Positions 1 to 11,663 are shown, numbered from the stretch's first letter. The stretch: 64,000 bases of DNA from Candidatus Magasanikiibacteriota bacterium (GCA_963802255.1 CAWDHY010000001.1:427842-491841); one strand, 5' to 3'. The notes: generated from the sequence alone by a model not told the origin. Numbers and translations: made by a program.

Positions 1-15
1 CGCATAATTTTTTTC

Positions 16-969
16 ATGAAAAAATTAAGCATAGTTACATCCGCATACAAAAGTGAAAAATATTTGGAGACATATTTTAAGAACATAACCGAATTAGATG
101 GTTTTTGCGATTTTGTGATTATTTTGATTCTCAACGACCCAAACGAAAAAGAAAAGCAAATTGCTGATTATTTTAAAAATAAATATCCTGATAATATTCG
201 CATTGAACAAGTGCCGAGAGAAAGCATAGGTGCGTCCACTAATCGAGGTTTTGCGTTAGCAACAACTGAATATATCACTTATGCGGATGTTGATGATTAC
301 AAAAAAATAGATTGTTACAGCCGACAGTTAAAAACCTTGGAAGATAATCGGGACAAAGGTTTCGCATACGGCGATATTATTATGGTACCGGGCCAAGGTG
401 TTTTTGATGGATTGCGCATTAAAGCGCCTGAATTTACAAGAGAAACAGCGACACGAAGTTCTATTGTCGGCCCTAATCATTTTTTTAGAAAAAAATTATT
501 GGATAAATGCGGATACTGGGACGAACAATTCAAGTCGGGTGGCGATTTTGATTTTCAAATTCGCGCAGGGTTTAATACTGATTTCAAAAAAATTGCCGGC
601 GAACCGTTGTTGTATTACACGCGCTACGAGGGGAGTGGGAGCGCCAGTAGTAATGAATTGCAACAAATTGAACGCACGGTTATTGAATTACGGTATGGAA
701 TTTATGATAAAATAAATTATAAATATCTGCCGAAAGCTTTGGAATATGATATTTTTCATGTTTATTATGGTGGTCAAAAAAAGCATATTAGCGAATTGGT
801 TCCGAATTACAAAGAAATGATGGAGGAAAGGTATAAAAAATACTTTAAAAAGGGGATTAGGCGGAATATGATCAAACCGGAAATTGTAGAAAAAATAGAG
901 TTAGGATTAAAATATTTTTTCAAACGACCTATTTGGACGGTTAAAAAATTGTTTAAAATCAATTCATGA
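16..969 (+). CDS. Glycosyltransferase family 2
   Basis: N-terminal LSIVTSAYKSE, YADVDD (DxD), GYWDEQFKSGGDFDF GT-A motifs. Confidence 0.9.
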   Translation: MKKLSIVTSAYKSEKYLETYFKNITELDGFCDFVIILILNDPNEKEKQIADYFKNKYPDNIRIEQVPRESIGASTNRGFALATTEYITYADVDDYKKIDCYSRQLKTLEDNRDKGFAYGDIIMVPGQGVFDGLRIKAPEFTRETATRSSIVGPNHFFRKKLLDKCGYWDEQFKSGGDFDFQIRAGFNTDFKKIAGEPLLYYTRYEGSGSASSNELQQIERTVIELRYGIYDKINYKYLPKALEYDIFHVYYGGQKKHISELVPNYKEMMEERYKKYFKKGIRRNMIKPEIVEKIELGLKYFFKRPIWTVKKLFKINS

Positions 970-1982
970 AGAAGATCTTAGTTTTACCGGTAAAAAATGA
1001 AGAGTGGATTCTGGAAAAATTTTTGGAGATTAACTCACTTTGGGCTGATCATATTATTATTGCTGACCAAAATTCAACCGATAAAACTTTAGAGATATGT
1101 AAAAAATTTTCAAAGGTTATCGTTATCAAAAATGAAGCAAAATTTCATTCAAGTAGTGTAAGAAAATTGTTACTTGATACTGCGCGACAGTTTGACGGCA
1201 ATAATATTATTTTTAGTTTTGATGCCGATGAAATACCCACAACGCATATATTAAATAATGCTTTTTGGTCTAAAGTGGCTACTTTAACGCCAGGTTCCGC
1301 TATAATGTTGCAGTGGATAAATTTGTGGCGTTCACAATATAAATACAGAAATGACAATTCAATTTGGTCTGATTGCTGGAAACATTTCGGATTTATTGAT
1401 GACAGAATTTGTGATTTTACAAATGTCGGTGTCATAAACGACCATACATCAAGGATTCCATTAGTGTGTTTGGAAAATACAGTCACTTTTGAATTACCAA
1501 AAATAATGCATTTTCAATTTGTTAATTGGCAAAGAATGTTGTCGAAACAATGTTATTACGTTATTTCCGAAGCGATGCATAAAAAAAATAGTGCTTTGGA
1601 TATCGTTAAAATTAATAGAAAATATTTTGCGACACATGATGAGCGCAACATTTTACTTGATAATGTACCTGAAGATTGGTTTGGCACATACGAATTGAAT
1701 TTCGACTTAGTCGAAAATAGTAAGTCAATTAATTGGTATGATTATGAGGTTTTGAAAATTTTAAATAATAATACCACAAAATTTGCTTGGTATGATATTT
1801 GGGATATTGATTGGGAAGAAAAAAGACAAATAGCAATTGAGAAAGGACATAAATTAGAAATTCCGGATTTAGAAATTAAAGACCCGAGAAATATATTGCA
1901 AAAATTTTATCATTCTACAATGCAGAGATTTATTTCTGATAATTCAATTATATATAAAATATTTAAATTTTTTAAAAAATAG
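966..1982 (+). CDS. Glycosyltransferase family 2-like protein
   Basis: LPVKNEE...IIIADQNSTDKT, FSFDADE (DxD); ATGA overlap with the upstream gene. Confidence 0.85.
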   Translation: MKKILVLPVKNEEWILEKFLEINSLWADHIIIADQNSTDKTLEICKKFSKVIVIKNEAKFHSSSVRKLLLDTARQFDGNNIIFSFDADEIPTTHILNNAFWSKVATLTPGSAIMLQWINLWRSQYKYRNDNSIWSDCWKHFGFIDDRICDFTNVGVINDHTSRIPLVCLENTVTFELPKIMHFQFVNWQRMLSKQCYYVISEAMHKKNSALDIVKINRKYFATHDERNILLDNVPEDWFGTYELNFDLVENSKSINWYDYEVLKILNNNTTKFAWYDIWDIDWEEKRQIAIEKGHKLEIPDLEIKDPRNILQKFYHSTMQRFISDNSIIYKIFKFFKK

Positions 1983-1992
1983 ACTGCTAATT

Positions 1993-2739
1993 ATGAATAA
2001 ATTTAAATTAATAGATGATAATGAAAGCTATCTTGCGCATAATTCTGAATTTGAAAAAGAAGGCGCATTAGAACGGCATCAAGATTGTTTTGCTGAATAT
2101 GATCGGCGCAATCAATTTATACATTTAGGTTTTGAAAAAATAGCGAGTGAAGCCGCGTTATCCGTTCAAATACATATTGATGTCGGATCAGGCGGAGGTT
2201 GGTTGCTGCTTAAGACGGCGCATCTCTTTAAAAAGGTGATAGGCATTGAACCCTCAAAAGCCGGCGTGGATGTTTCAAAAAAAATTACTCAACAATTCCA
2301 TAATATTTCCCACATAAATGCAGGCATGATTGAAGCGCTTAATAATATGAATATTGATGAGCCGGTTTTTTTAACTACTTCAATTGTGCTTTCCCATATT
2401 CCAGATAAAATTGTATTACAATTCCTAAAACTAATTAATAATGTGCCACTTGGTTCTGTATTATATTTTGGGGAACCATATGGGAAAAACCGTCAGCAAT
2501 ATTTGTGGCATATTAGAAGTAAAGAGTGGTGGGCGTATCATTTACCAAATTGGGAATTAAGATTTAACGATGTGTTAGCAGATAATTATTGTTATGGTGT
2601 AATTGGCGAATGCGTTGGTAAAAGTGCAGTAAAAAGTGATTACAAAATGACGCGAGTTAAAAAAATTCGATGGATAATAAGCGGGGTGCCTTCTCGTATC
2701 AAGTATGTGTTGAGATTGTTACTTAATTTTTTTCGCTAG
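1993..2739 (+). CDS. Class I SAM-dependent methyltransferase
   Basis: HIDVGSGGGW motif I, VIGIEPS motif II. Confidence 0.8.
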   Translation: MNKFKLIDDNESYLAHNSEFEKEGALERHQDCFAEYDRRNQFIHLGFEKIASEAALSVQIHIDVGSGGGWLLLKTAHLFKKVIGIEPSKAGVDVSKKITQQFHNISHINAGMIEALNNMNIDEPVFLTTSIVLSHIPDKIVLQFLKLINNVPLGSVLYFGEPYGKNRQQYLWHIRSKEWWAYHLPNWELRFNDVLADNYCYGVIGECVGKSAVKSDYKMTRVKKIRWIISGVPSRIKYVLRLLLNFFR

Positions 2740-2766
2740 TAATGACGTGCTATTAATAATAAGGAT

Positions 2767-3684
2767 ATGAATATTAAAAATATTTTAAAAAATTTATTTG
2801 TTAAATTAATCAATTCATTTTTGAATAAATTTGGAAAGAAATTTGTTATAGTTTCTAACAGGTTGAATGATTGTAAACCGAGTTTTGCTGTTAAGGCCGA
2901 CCTTGGTTATTGGTATGTTGGAGATATTTATAACGAAGCCGATATTTCAAATGGCATTGCTAATAATGGTTATGTGGAAAAAAATGAAACTGAATTGGTA
3001 ATTAAAATTATTAATTATTTGCTTGAAAATAAAGATGATATTGTGGTTTATGATGTTGGTGCTAACACGGGTTATTATGGAATACTCACAGCAACGGTTG
3101 GTGGTGGCAGAGTAAAAGTTTTTTCATTTGAACCCGTTAAAGAACACGTTGATATATTGCGCGAGAGTTTAAAATTAAATCATTTGGAAAACAAGATTAC
3201 TGTTTTCTCAGTGGCTTTGAGCAACGAGGATGGTGAAATTAGTATATTTTTATCCGGTACCGGTTCAACAATAGTGAAAGGATTTATGAATGTTGCGGAG
3301 GATAATCAAAGAAACGTTGCTGTCAAAAAATTGGATGGTCTGATTTTGGCGAATAATATGGATTTGCCGGATTTCATAAAAATAGATATTGAAGGGGCCG
3401 AATATAACATGCTTTGCGGTAGTAAAGAAGCTATAGCCAAATCGCGTCCAATAATATTTATGGAGATAATCGCCCATGTTCAAAATGGAAAGCAGGTATT
3501 TAATAATGCTCAGAGTACCGCGACCTTGAATCTGTTAAGAAATGATTTTGGATACGCGGTTTTTTGTTTGGTTGATGATAAATTAAAAAAGGTCGAATCA
3601 AATTGGGATATTGAAGGCACAAAAATGTATTTATGTTTGGATGTGGCAAAACACAGTGAATTAATTAACAGATTATGTCTTTAA
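2767..3684 (+). CDS. FkbM family methyltransferase
   Basis: YDVGANTG, FSFEP, FIKIDIEGAE motifs. Confidence 0.9.
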   Translation: MNIKNILKNLFVKLINSFLNKFGKKFVIVSNRLNDCKPSFAVKADLGYWYVGDIYNEADISNGIANNGYVEKNETELVIKIINYLLENKDDIVVYDVGANTGYYGILTATVGGGRVKVFSFEPVKEHVDILRESLKLNHLENKITVFSVALSNEDGEISIFLSGTGSTIVKGFMNVAEDNQRNVAVKKLDGLILANNMDLPDFIKIDIEGAEYNMLCGSKEAIAKSRPIIFMEIIAHVQNGKQVFNNAQSTATLNLLRNDFGYAVFCLVDDKLKKVESNWDIEGTKMYLCLDVAKHSELINRLCL

Positions 3685-4911
3685 TAAGTTTGGCAAAAAA
3701 AATATTTCCGTCTTGTTTTTTAAATAAAGCGAAAATTTTATTGTCTTATTATCGATTGCATATTTCTCGCTTTCGTGGCGGAAACTGCGAATACAATAAT
3801 AATATATCAAATGATAATAAAAAAAGAATTTTATTTTACGATATTAATGGCTTATCATACGCAGGAACACAAAAAAATTTGCAAATTTTAGCCAAATATC
3901 TTGATAAGGAAAAATATGAAGTTTTTTTCATGTATTCTTCCAAAAATCATAGCGAACGAAAGGGATATTTGGAAAATTCCGGCATTAATTTGATTGATTT
4001 TGATTATGAAAGTGTTGAAAAAAAATTGCCGTTTTATATTACCGGAATGAAACCGCATATTTTTGATGTGATAAAAGATCATAAAATTGATTTATTTGTA
4101 ACGGCGGGTTCGGGTTACCCGGAATTTCCAACGGCAAATATTACCAAATTACCAATAATTTTTATTAATGTTTTTGGTTCTGTTACTGTACAAAAAAATA
4201 TCAAAAAACATGTCTGCATGTCGCACTTATTAGCCAATATTATCAATAAATGTATTCCAAATAATAAAATAGAGGTTTTATATATTCCCAGCGAAGGTCC
4301 CGTTGAAAATTCTGTTGAATTGGGTGAAGATATTACGAAAAAAATTAGGTTTTAATGACAATGATGTGGTTTTTGGAAGAATTGGCCGACCCGATGATAA
4401 TATATTTGACCCGATTGGCATAAATGCCTTTAAAGAAGTTGTTAAAAAATATTCCAACGCTCATTATTTGATTGTGGCGCCATCGCCAAAATTAGAGCAA
4501 ATTGTGCGCGAAGAAAATATTCCGAATGTGCATTTTTTACCTTTGATTGCCGAGGAAAAAGATGTGTGGGCTTTCCATAATGCCATTGATGTTTTAGCCC
4601 ATTTTCGCAAAGATGGCGAAACATGCGGTTTGAATATTGCCGAATCAATGTTGTGTGGAAAGCCGATAATTTCGCACAAATCTGTTGTTTGGAATGCTCA
4701 TTTGGAATATTTGGATAATTCCTTCTCGCGCGTCGCGGAAATTGATGATTCAAATCAATATGCGGAATATATGAAAGAATTTATTGAAGCAAAAAATAAC
4801 GGCAAAATTGTTGAAATGGGCAAACGCGCAAAAGAAAAAGGTGATGAATTGTTTTTAATCCAAAACAACATTGGTAAATTTGAAAAATGGATTGATGAAG
4901 CATTAAATTGA
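3675..4911 (+). pseudogene. Glycosyltransferase family 4, split by a +1 frameshift near 4332-4344 (possibly an assembly error)
   Basis: ORF 3675-4355 gives the N-terminal GT-B half and 4303-4911 the C-terminal half (GETCGLNIAESMLCGKP); removing one base gives ...ELGEDLRKKLGF... Confidence 0.8.
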
Positions 4912-4912
4912 T

Positions 4913-5842
4913 ATGTCTTTAGTAATTCTAACAAAATCACCTGTATTTAATTTTAAAGATTTTATTAGACGTATTAAATCTTTTATCAAATTTTTGCTTG
5001 GGCAAAAGCGCGGACCGGATGTGGTAGTTGATAGTTTATTAAAAGGACTGAAAGAGTTAAATTTTGATTTTAAATTTAATATTAGCGCGAGCAAAATTAA
5101 ACCCGATGATATTGTGTATATAAATGGAAGCTTGGAAGCTTTGAAGTGGGCGATAGAGGCAAAAAAGAAAGGAAAAATTAAAAAATTAATTGTTGGTCCT
5201 GTAATGTCTGTTTTACCGACTGATCATAATTCAATAATGCTAAACAAAGAAATTGATCTGATTTTATTTCCATCGCATTGGACAAAAAATCATTGGTTGT
5301 CAATGGTAAAGGATTTGGATAATAAAATTAAAATTTGGCCTGCTGGAGTTGTCGTGTCGGAATTGAACAATGATAAAAAGGACACGGTGCTGATTTACTA
5401 CAAAAATGCGCCAAAGGAATTATTTTCATTTATTATTAAATTTTTTAGCACTAATAAAATCGAATATAGGGTTATTAAATACGGCAAATATAGCCAGAAT
5501 AAATATTTTGGTTTATTGAATAAAACAAAATACGCAATTTTTTTGTCTGAATCGGAAAGTCAGGGGATTGCGATGTTTGAAGCGTGGGCGCATAATGTGC
5601 CGACCATAGTGTGGAATCGCGGGTATTGGCAGTCCGGCTCGCGTAATTGGTCGGACGAGAAAATAAGTGCGCCGTATTTAAATGCGTATTGTGGAATGTT
5701 TTTTGCGGATGAAAATGATTTTGTTGATAAATTTAATTTATTTGTTAGCAAAATTAGTGCATTTTCACCAAGAGAATACATTATAAATAATTTTACAAAC
5801 AAAAAAATAGCTGAAAATTTTACTAAATTAATCAATGAATAA
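4913..5842 (+). CDS. Putative GT-B glycosyltransferase
   Basis: LSESESQGIAMFEAWAHNVP resembles the GT4 E-x7-E motif; glycan locus context. Confidence 0.7.
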   Translation: MSLVILTKSPVFNFKDFIRRIKSFIKFLLGQKRGPDVVVDSLLKGLKELNFDFKFNISASKIKPDDIVYINGSLEALKWAIEAKKKGKIKKLIVGPVMSVLPTDHNSIMLNKEIDLILFPSHWTKNHWLSMVKDLDNKIKIWPAGVVVSELNNDKKDTVLIYYKNAPKELFSFIIKFFSTNKIEYRVIKYGKYSQNKYFGLLNKTKYAIFLSESESQGIAMFEAWAHNVPTIVWNRGYWQSGSRNWSDEKISAPYLNAYCGMFFADENDFVDKFNLFVSKISAFSPREYIINNFTNKKIAENFTKLINE

Positions 5843-5845
5843 TAT

Positions 5846-6551
5846 ATGATGGGTCGCATAATTGCTTTAATAAAATCACCGTTTAAATATTTTTTAAATA
5901 AAAAGTTTTATAGTCAATTTGTGGGCGATAATAAATTGTTTTTTGATATTGGAGCAAATGTAGGTTTTAAAACAAAAGTATTTAGAAGTTTGGGCGTTTC
6001 TGTTGTTTCGGTAGAACCGCAGGAAAATTGTTTTGCGATTTTAAAAAATAAATTTGGAGAAGATGGCAAGGTTAAATTAGTAAATAAAGGAATTAGCAAT
6101 CAGAGCGGTGAGATGAAAATAAAAATTAGTTCGTCCTCTTCATTGATTTCAACTTTTTCGGACAAATGGCAAAAAGATGGTCGTTTTAGCAATTTTGTTT
6201 ATGACAATGAACAGATTGTCGCAAGTCATTACTTTTGACGACCTTGTGACAAATTATGGAATGCCTGATTTTGCGAAAATTGACGTGGAAGGGTATGAAT
6301 ATGAAGTTATTAGTGGATTGACCAAAAAAATTCCGTGTTTGAGTTTTGAGTTTACTTCTGAATTTTTTGCTGATTCCATAAAAATTATGAATCATTTGGC
6401 TAATTTGGGTTTTACTGAATTTAATTGTGGCATTGGTGAAAAAATGGCTCTGGCGATGGATAAATGGTTGAATAAAGAAGATTTTATTAATTATATAAAT
6501 GAAAAAATTAAAATAGATACTGATTTGTGGGGCGATATTTACGCGAGGTAA
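5846..6551 (+). pseudogene. FkbM family methyltransferase, split by a +1 frameshift at ~6221 (possibly an assembly error)
   Basis: FDIGANVG and VEP lie in 5846-6238, KIDVEGYE in 6177-6551; deleting one base gives EQIVQVITFDD. Confidence 0.85.
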
Positions 6552-6560
6552 TTTTGTCTT

Positions 6561-7328
6561 ATGAAAATATTAAGAAAATTATTTTATTTAATATCCCGCA
6601 ATAATTTTATTTATCGAGTGGCAAAGCGTTTAGTTTTTGACCACCGCGGAGAGAATAATTGCGAGATTGATACCAACGGAGAGATGTTTGTCCTAAAAAA
6701 ATATTTAAATGAAAATGATGTAATTTTTGACGTTGGAGCAAATGTGGGTGATTGGACAAAAACGGTTTTGGATATAGTTCCGAACGCGATAGTTCACTGT
6801 TTTGAGCCCGGGCATTCAACTTATAACAAATTGGAACAAAATATTGATTCAAAAAATGTTGTGCTTAATAATTTTGGATTAGGTTCTGCGAACGAGGAAA
6901 AGGAATTCTATATTTTTGACAATGATTCAACGGTTAATTCTTTGTATTTGCGAGATGAATTGGTTGATAAAAATAAAGTTGTTACGGAAAAAGTCGCAAT
7001 AAAAAAATTAGATGATTATTGTTTTGATAATAAAATTGAAAAAATAGATTTTTTAAAAATCGATGTTGAAGGCAATGAAATGGAAGTTTTGAAGGGCGCG
7101 GAAAGAATGTTAAAAGAAAAAAATATTAATATAATTCAGTTGGAATATGGCGGTACATACATTGATGCCGGAATATTTTTAAAGGATGTATTTGATTATT
7201 TTAACAATTATTCATTCTCATTTTTCAAAATATTACCTGATAGATTGGATAAGGTTCAATACGTAAAAGATTTGGAAAATTTTCAATATTGCAATTACTT
7301 GATTATTAATGATGAATATAATAAATAA
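6561..7328 (+). CDS. FkbM family methyltransferase
   Basis: FDVGANVG, HCFEP, LKIDVEGNE. Confidence 0.9.
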   Translation: MKILRKLFYLISRNNFIYRVAKRLVFDHRGENNCEIDTNGEMFVLKKYLNENDVIFDVGANVGDWTKTVLDIVPNAIVHCFEPGHSTYNKLEQNIDSKNVVLNNFGLGSANEEKEFYIFDNDSTVNSLYLRDELVDKNKVVTEKVAIKKLDDYCFDNKIEKIDFLKIDVEGNEMEVLKGAERMLKEKNINIIQLEYGGTYIDAGIFLKDVFDYFNNYSFSFFKILPDRLDKVQYVKDLENFQYCNYLIINDEYNK

Positions 7329-7329
7329 A

Positions 7330-8058
7330 ATGAAAAGTTTGATTAAGAAAATTTTGAAAGTTTTGCTAACGCCGTTTATCGTGGCGGATTATTTTAGGAT
7401 TAAAAAAAATATTAAGACAAAACGTTTTGATTTATCGCTAAAAAATTCTTATCCCTGTATCAAAGACAAAACCATAAAAACCGGTTTTGATCGCCATTAT
7501 GTTTATCACACTTCTTGGGCGGGGCGGAAAGTGAAAGAAATAAATCCGGAGTTTCACACGGATATTTCATCAAGTTTGTATTTTGCGGGTATTGTTTCCG
7601 CTTTTGTGCCCGTAAAATTTTATGATTATCGGCCGGCTGATATAATTTTGAATAATTTGGAGAGTTTGCAGGCTGATTTGTTAAACTTGCCTTTTGAAGA
7701 TGACAGTATTAAATCCTTGTCTTGCATGCATGTGGTTGAGCATATCGGGCTTGGCCGGTATGGCGATAAATTGGATTATGATGGCGACCTGAAAGCGATA
7801 AATGAATTAAAAAGAGTTTTGGCAGTAGGCGGTAATTTGTTGTTTGTGGTGCCGATGGGCAAAAAAGCAAAAATAGAATTCAACGCGCACCGAATTTATG
7901 AGTATGAGCAGATAATTGAATATTTCTCCGGCTTAACATTAAAAGAATTTGCTTTAATACCGGAAAATAGCGGTCAAATGATTTTTGCCGGTGATGCGGA
8001 AGAAAAATTAAAAAAAGAAAATTACGCTTGCGGTTGTTTTTGGTTTGTAAAAAATTAA
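7330..8058 (+). CDS. DUF268-like SAM-dependent methyltransferase
   Basis: FDRHYVYHTSWA, SCMHVVEHIGLGRYGD, FNAHRIY motifs; start could be 7309. Confidence 0.75.
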   Translation: MKSLIKKILKVLLTPFIVADYFRIKKNIKTKRFDLSLKNSYPCIKDKTIKTGFDRHYVYHTSWAGRKVKEINPEFHTDISSSLYFAGIVSAFVPVKFYDYRPADIILNNLESLQADLLNLPFEDDSIKSLSCMHVVEHIGLGRYGDKLDYDGDLKAINELKRVLAVGGNLLFVVPMGKKAKIEFNAHRIYEYEQIIEYFSGLTLKEFALIPENSGQMIFAGDAEEKLKKENYACGCFWFVKN

Positions 8059-8062
8059 TTAT

Positions 8063-8857
8063 ATGCGCGTTATCAAAATTAAAGGCGGTCTTGGAAACCA
8101 GATGTTTCAATATGCCTATGGCAGAAATTTGGAAATTGCAGGAAAGCAAATTTCTTTTGATATTTCTTTTTTTGATGGCGCAAAGCCCGTTTTTGACACG
8201 GCCAGAATTTTTAAATTGAATAAATTTAATATTCAAACAAAAGCAAGGTTTGGCAAGTTTATCACCAAAAAAGATTTACTTATTAATTATTTAAATAAAA
8301 TAAAAAGACGGTTGGGTTTTTTTGTTGATGAATATTATCAGAATGAAAAATATTTTATTGATATTGCGGGCGAGATAAAAAAAGAATTTACTTTAAAAAA
8401 TGATTTTTCAGAGAAAGCAAAAGAATATTTGCAAAGAATAGAAAACAGCAATTCCGTGTCGTTGCACATAAGGCGAGGGGATTATGTGGAGAATAAAAAA
8501 GTTAACGCTTATCACGGTGTTTGCGGTTTGGATTATTACAATGAGGCAATGAGAATAATTAAAGAAAAAATAAATAATCCTGTTTTTTTTGTTTTTTCTG
8601 ATGATATTGCTTGGGCGAAAGAAAATTTGAAAGGCACGGAATTTGTTTTTGTTTCTTGCCCAGAAATTGAAGATGTTGAAGAATTAATTTTGATGAGTAA
8701 ATGCAAACATAATATTATTGCCAATAGCAGTTTTAGCTGGTGGGGGGCGTGGCTGAATAATAATTCCGAAAAAATTGTGATTGCGCCAAAAAAATGGTTT
8801 AATAATAAAAAAGCCAAACAAATGGATATTGTGCCGTCAAATTGGTTAAGAATATAA
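8063..8857 (+). CDS. Alpha-1,2-fucosyltransferase (GT11)
   Basis: GGLGNQMFQYA, LHIRRGDY, FSDD, ANSSFSWWGA. Confidence 0.92.
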   Translation: MRVIKIKGGLGNQMFQYAYGRNLEIAGKQISFDISFFDGAKPVFDTARIFKLNKFNIQTKARFGKFITKKDLLINYLNKIKRRLGFFVDEYYQNEKYFIDIAGEIKKEFTLKNDFSEKAKEYLQRIENSNSVSLHIRRGDYVENKKVNAYHGVCGLDYYNEAMRIIKEKINNPVFFVFSDDIAWAKENLKGTEFVFVSCPEIEDVEELILMSKCKHNIIANSSFSWWGAWLNNNSEKIVIAPKKWFNNKKAKQMDIVPSNWLRI

Positions 8858-8858
8858 T

Positions 8859-9628
8859 ATGCCAAAAGTTAGTGTAATGATGGTCGCTTATAACAGAGAA
8901 AAGTATTTATCTGCAAGCGATTGAAAGTGTTGTCTTACAAAACTTTTCCGATTGGGAACTTATTATTGTGAATGACGGCTCAACGGATAATACCGATAAA
9001 ATTATAAAAAAATATATAGGTCAAAATTTGCCGATAAAATATTCTTTGCAAGTCCGGAATAAAGGAATAGCCGAGAGCAGGAAAATCGCCTTATCTTTGT
9101 GTGAAGGAGAATATTTGGCCGTACTTGATAGCGATGATGTTTGGACTGATAAAGATAAATTAAAAAAACAAGTTGATTTTCTTGATAATAATAAAGATTA
9201 TGTTTTAGTCGGCGGTATGGCAGGAATAATTGACCAGGCGGGTTCAGTTATTGGAAAGATTAATTTTGAGCAAACAGATGAGCGAATCAGAAATAAATTA
9301 TTATTCAGCAATCAATTTGTTCATTCCTCAATAATGTACAGAAGAGAAGTAGCGCTTGAGATCGGTGGTTATAAGGAGTATAAATTGGGGGAAGATTACG
9401 ACTTGATTTTGCGAATGGGAAAAAAAGGTAAATTGATGAATTTGTCTAGACATATTAATTGATTATCGCAAGCATTTATCAAGCGCCACTTGGAAAAACA
9501 GGGCATTTTCCGCCAAAGAGCATTTGAGAATAATAAGGCAATACAATGATGGCTCTTATCCCAATTATTGTTTGGCAATTATAAAAGCATATTTTAGAAT
9601 TATGTTTGCCTATTTACGATTAATTTAA
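8859..9628 (+). pseudogene. Glycosyltransferase family 2 with two +1 frameshifts (~8910 and ~9448)
   Basis: Manual translation: MPKVSVMMVAYNREKYL / LQAIESVVLQNFSDWELIIVNDGS...LDSDD...EDYDL...MNLS / DILIDYRKH...LRLI* ending at 9628. Confidence 0.85.
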
Positions 9629-9631
9629 CAA

Positions 9632-10720
9632 ATGAAAATTCTTTACCTTATAACCAAATCCGAAGCTGGAGGCGCGCAAACCCATGTAGCCGATCTTTGT
9701 CGTTACTTTAAAAACCAGGGAAACGAAATCTCAATCATGAGTCGGAGCGGAGGATGGCTGGAAGAAGAGTCTAAAAAAATCGGAGTTAGTTTTATTACTA
9801 ATAATTTTTTTGGCAACAGCGCGAATCCGTTCAATATTTTCAGGGCAATCAAAAAGATAAAAAAATATTGCGATGAGTTTAAGCCGGATATTTTACACTG
9901 CCACAGTTCGGCGGCCGCTTTTTTCGGCCGGCTGGCAGTTCGCGGGAAAATCAGGACAATATATACGGCGCATGGTTGGGGCTTTAATATCGGGATGAGT
10001 CCATTTATCCGATGCGCTGTTTTAATAGCTGAAAAAATTACAGCCAAATATACGGATAAATATATTTGCGTTTCAGAGTTTGTAAAAAAATTGGCGCTTA
10101 AATACCACTTAGCGCCCGTGGAAAAATTTGTAGTAATATATAACGGCGTTGCGCCCCAAGCGGTTTTGACGGACGGCAACAAGAATGCCGGAATCCGTCT
10201 TATGTTTGTTGGCCGGCTGGCGGAACCAAAAAAACCCGAGCTAATTATTGAAGCTGTAAGTTTACTCCCATCTGAAATTAAAAATATAGTAACAGTAGTG
10301 ATAATTGGCGATGGTCCGAAACGCCATTTTCTTTCCGATCTTGCTGTCCATAAGGATGTCATGGTAGACTTTAAAGGCGTTTTGGCAAAAAACCTTGTCC
10401 TTGAACAAATTTCAAATAGCGATATTTTCGTTTTCGTGTCCGCCTGGGAGGGTTTCCCTTATACAATTTTGGAAGCAATGTCATGCGGATTACCAATTAT
10501 AGCGAACGATGTTGGAGGAGTAAGAGAAGCCGTAAATGAACAAAACGGCATTTTAGTAAAAAATGAAGTTAAACCAATTCAGGAAGCCATATTGCGATTA
10601 ATTAATAACAAAGATTTACGGTTTAGATTGGGCGGTCAGGGAAGGAAAGATGTAGAAAAAAAATTCTCTTTGCAAAAAATGTTAATTGAAATTAATAACG
10701 TATATAATAAATCTTTATGA
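9632..10720 (+). CDS. Glycosyltransferase family 4
   Basis: [34 protein letters not shown]. Confidence 0.92.
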   Translation: MKILYLITKSEAGGAQTHVADLCRYFKNQGNEISIMSRSGGWLEEESKKIGVSFITNNFFGNSANPFNIFRAIKKIKKYCDEFKPDILHCHSSAAAFFGRLAVRGKIRTIYTAHGWGFNIGMSPFIRCAVLIAEKITAKYTDKYICVSEFVKKLALKYHLAPVEKFVVIYNGVAPQAVLTDGNKNAGIRLMFVGRLAEPKKPELIIEAVSLLPSEIKNIVTVVIIGDGPKRHFLSDLAVHKDVMVDFKGVLAKNLVLEQISNSDIFVFVSAWEGFPYTILEAMSCGLPIIANDVGGVREAVNEQNGILVKNEVKPIQEAILRLINNKDLRFRLGGQGRKDVEKKFSLQKMLIEINNVYNKSL

Positions 10721-11652
10721 AAAAAATATTAGTCACCGGAGGTGCTGGTTTTATCGGATCGCATTTATGCAAACGTCTGTTAGATGAGGGGAATGAGGTT
10801 ATTTGCGTTGATAATTTGTTTACCGGCGCAAAAACCAATATTTATTCCTTGTTTAAAAATAATAAATTTGAGTTCATACGACACGATGTAACTTTTCCGC
10901 TTTATGTGGAAGTTGATGAGATATATAATTTAGCTTGTCCGGCCTCCCCAGTGCACTATCAGCATGATCCGGTTCAAACAACGAAAACAAGTGTTCACGG
11001 CGCCATAAACATGCTTGGCTTGGCAAAAAGGATAAAAGCTAAAATTTTACAGGCGTCCACTTCTGAAGTTTATGGAGATCCGGAAGTCAGCCCTCAGCCG
11101 GAAAGTTATTGGGGCAGAGTTAACCCCATCGGGATACGCTCGTGTTATGACGAAGGTAAACGGTGTGCCGAAACACTATTTTTTGACTATCATAGACAAA
11201 ATGGCGTCAACATAAGAGTCATACGCATCTTCAATACTTATGGACCGAATATGAATCGTGATGATGGGCGTGTTGTCTCAAATTTTATCGTTCAAGCACT
11301 GCAAAATAAGGATATTACAATCTACGGCGACGGTTTGCAGACAAGGTCTTTTCAGTATGTTGATGATTTAATTGAAGGAATGATTTTGATGATGAATAAC
11401 AAGGAAGATTTCACCGGCCCCGTTAATATCGGGAATCCGGTCGAATTTTCCATTAAGCAGTTAGCGGAGAAGGTTTTGGAATTAATTCCGAAAAGTAAGA
11501 GTAAAATTATTTTTTCCGCCCTGCCTCAAGATGACCCCAGGCAAAGAAAACCTGATATTTCTTTAGCAAAAGAAAAACTGTCTTGGTCGCCAAAAATTGA
11601 TTTACAAGATGGTCTTATATCAACCATTGAATATTTTAAGAAAATCGTTTAA
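10717..11652 (+). CDS. UDP-glucuronate decarboxylase (UDP-xylose synthase)
   Basis: [48 protein letters not shown]. Confidence 0.93.
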   Translation: MKKILVTGGAGFIGSHLCKRLLDEGNEVICVDNLFTGAKTNIYSLFKNNKFEFIRHDVTFPLYVEVDEIYNLACPASPVHYQHDPVQTTKTSVHGAINMLGLAKRIKAKILQASTSEVYGDPEVSPQPESYWGRVNPIGIRSCYDEGKRCAETLFFDYHRQNGVNIRVIRIFNTYGPNMNRDDGRVVSNFIVQALQNKDITIYGDGLQTRSFQYVDDLIEGMILMMNNKEDFTGPVNIGNPVEFSIKQLAEKVLELIPKSKSKIIFSALPQDDPRQRKPDISLAKEKLSWSPKIDLQDGLISTIEYFKKIV

Positions 11653-11663
11653 GTTGAATGATT

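Noticed and set aside
4332-9448. Programmed +1 frameshifting, quadruplet decoding or an alternative genetic code
   Set aside because: The four sites share no slippery or stimulatory motif, and TGA, TAA and TAG all act as normal stops elsewhere
9703-10362. 219-aa antisense ORF in GT4, and similar shadows in clpB (43776-44372), rpoA, mreB and xer
   Set aside because: Fully nested opposite well-supported genes, with no recognisable domains
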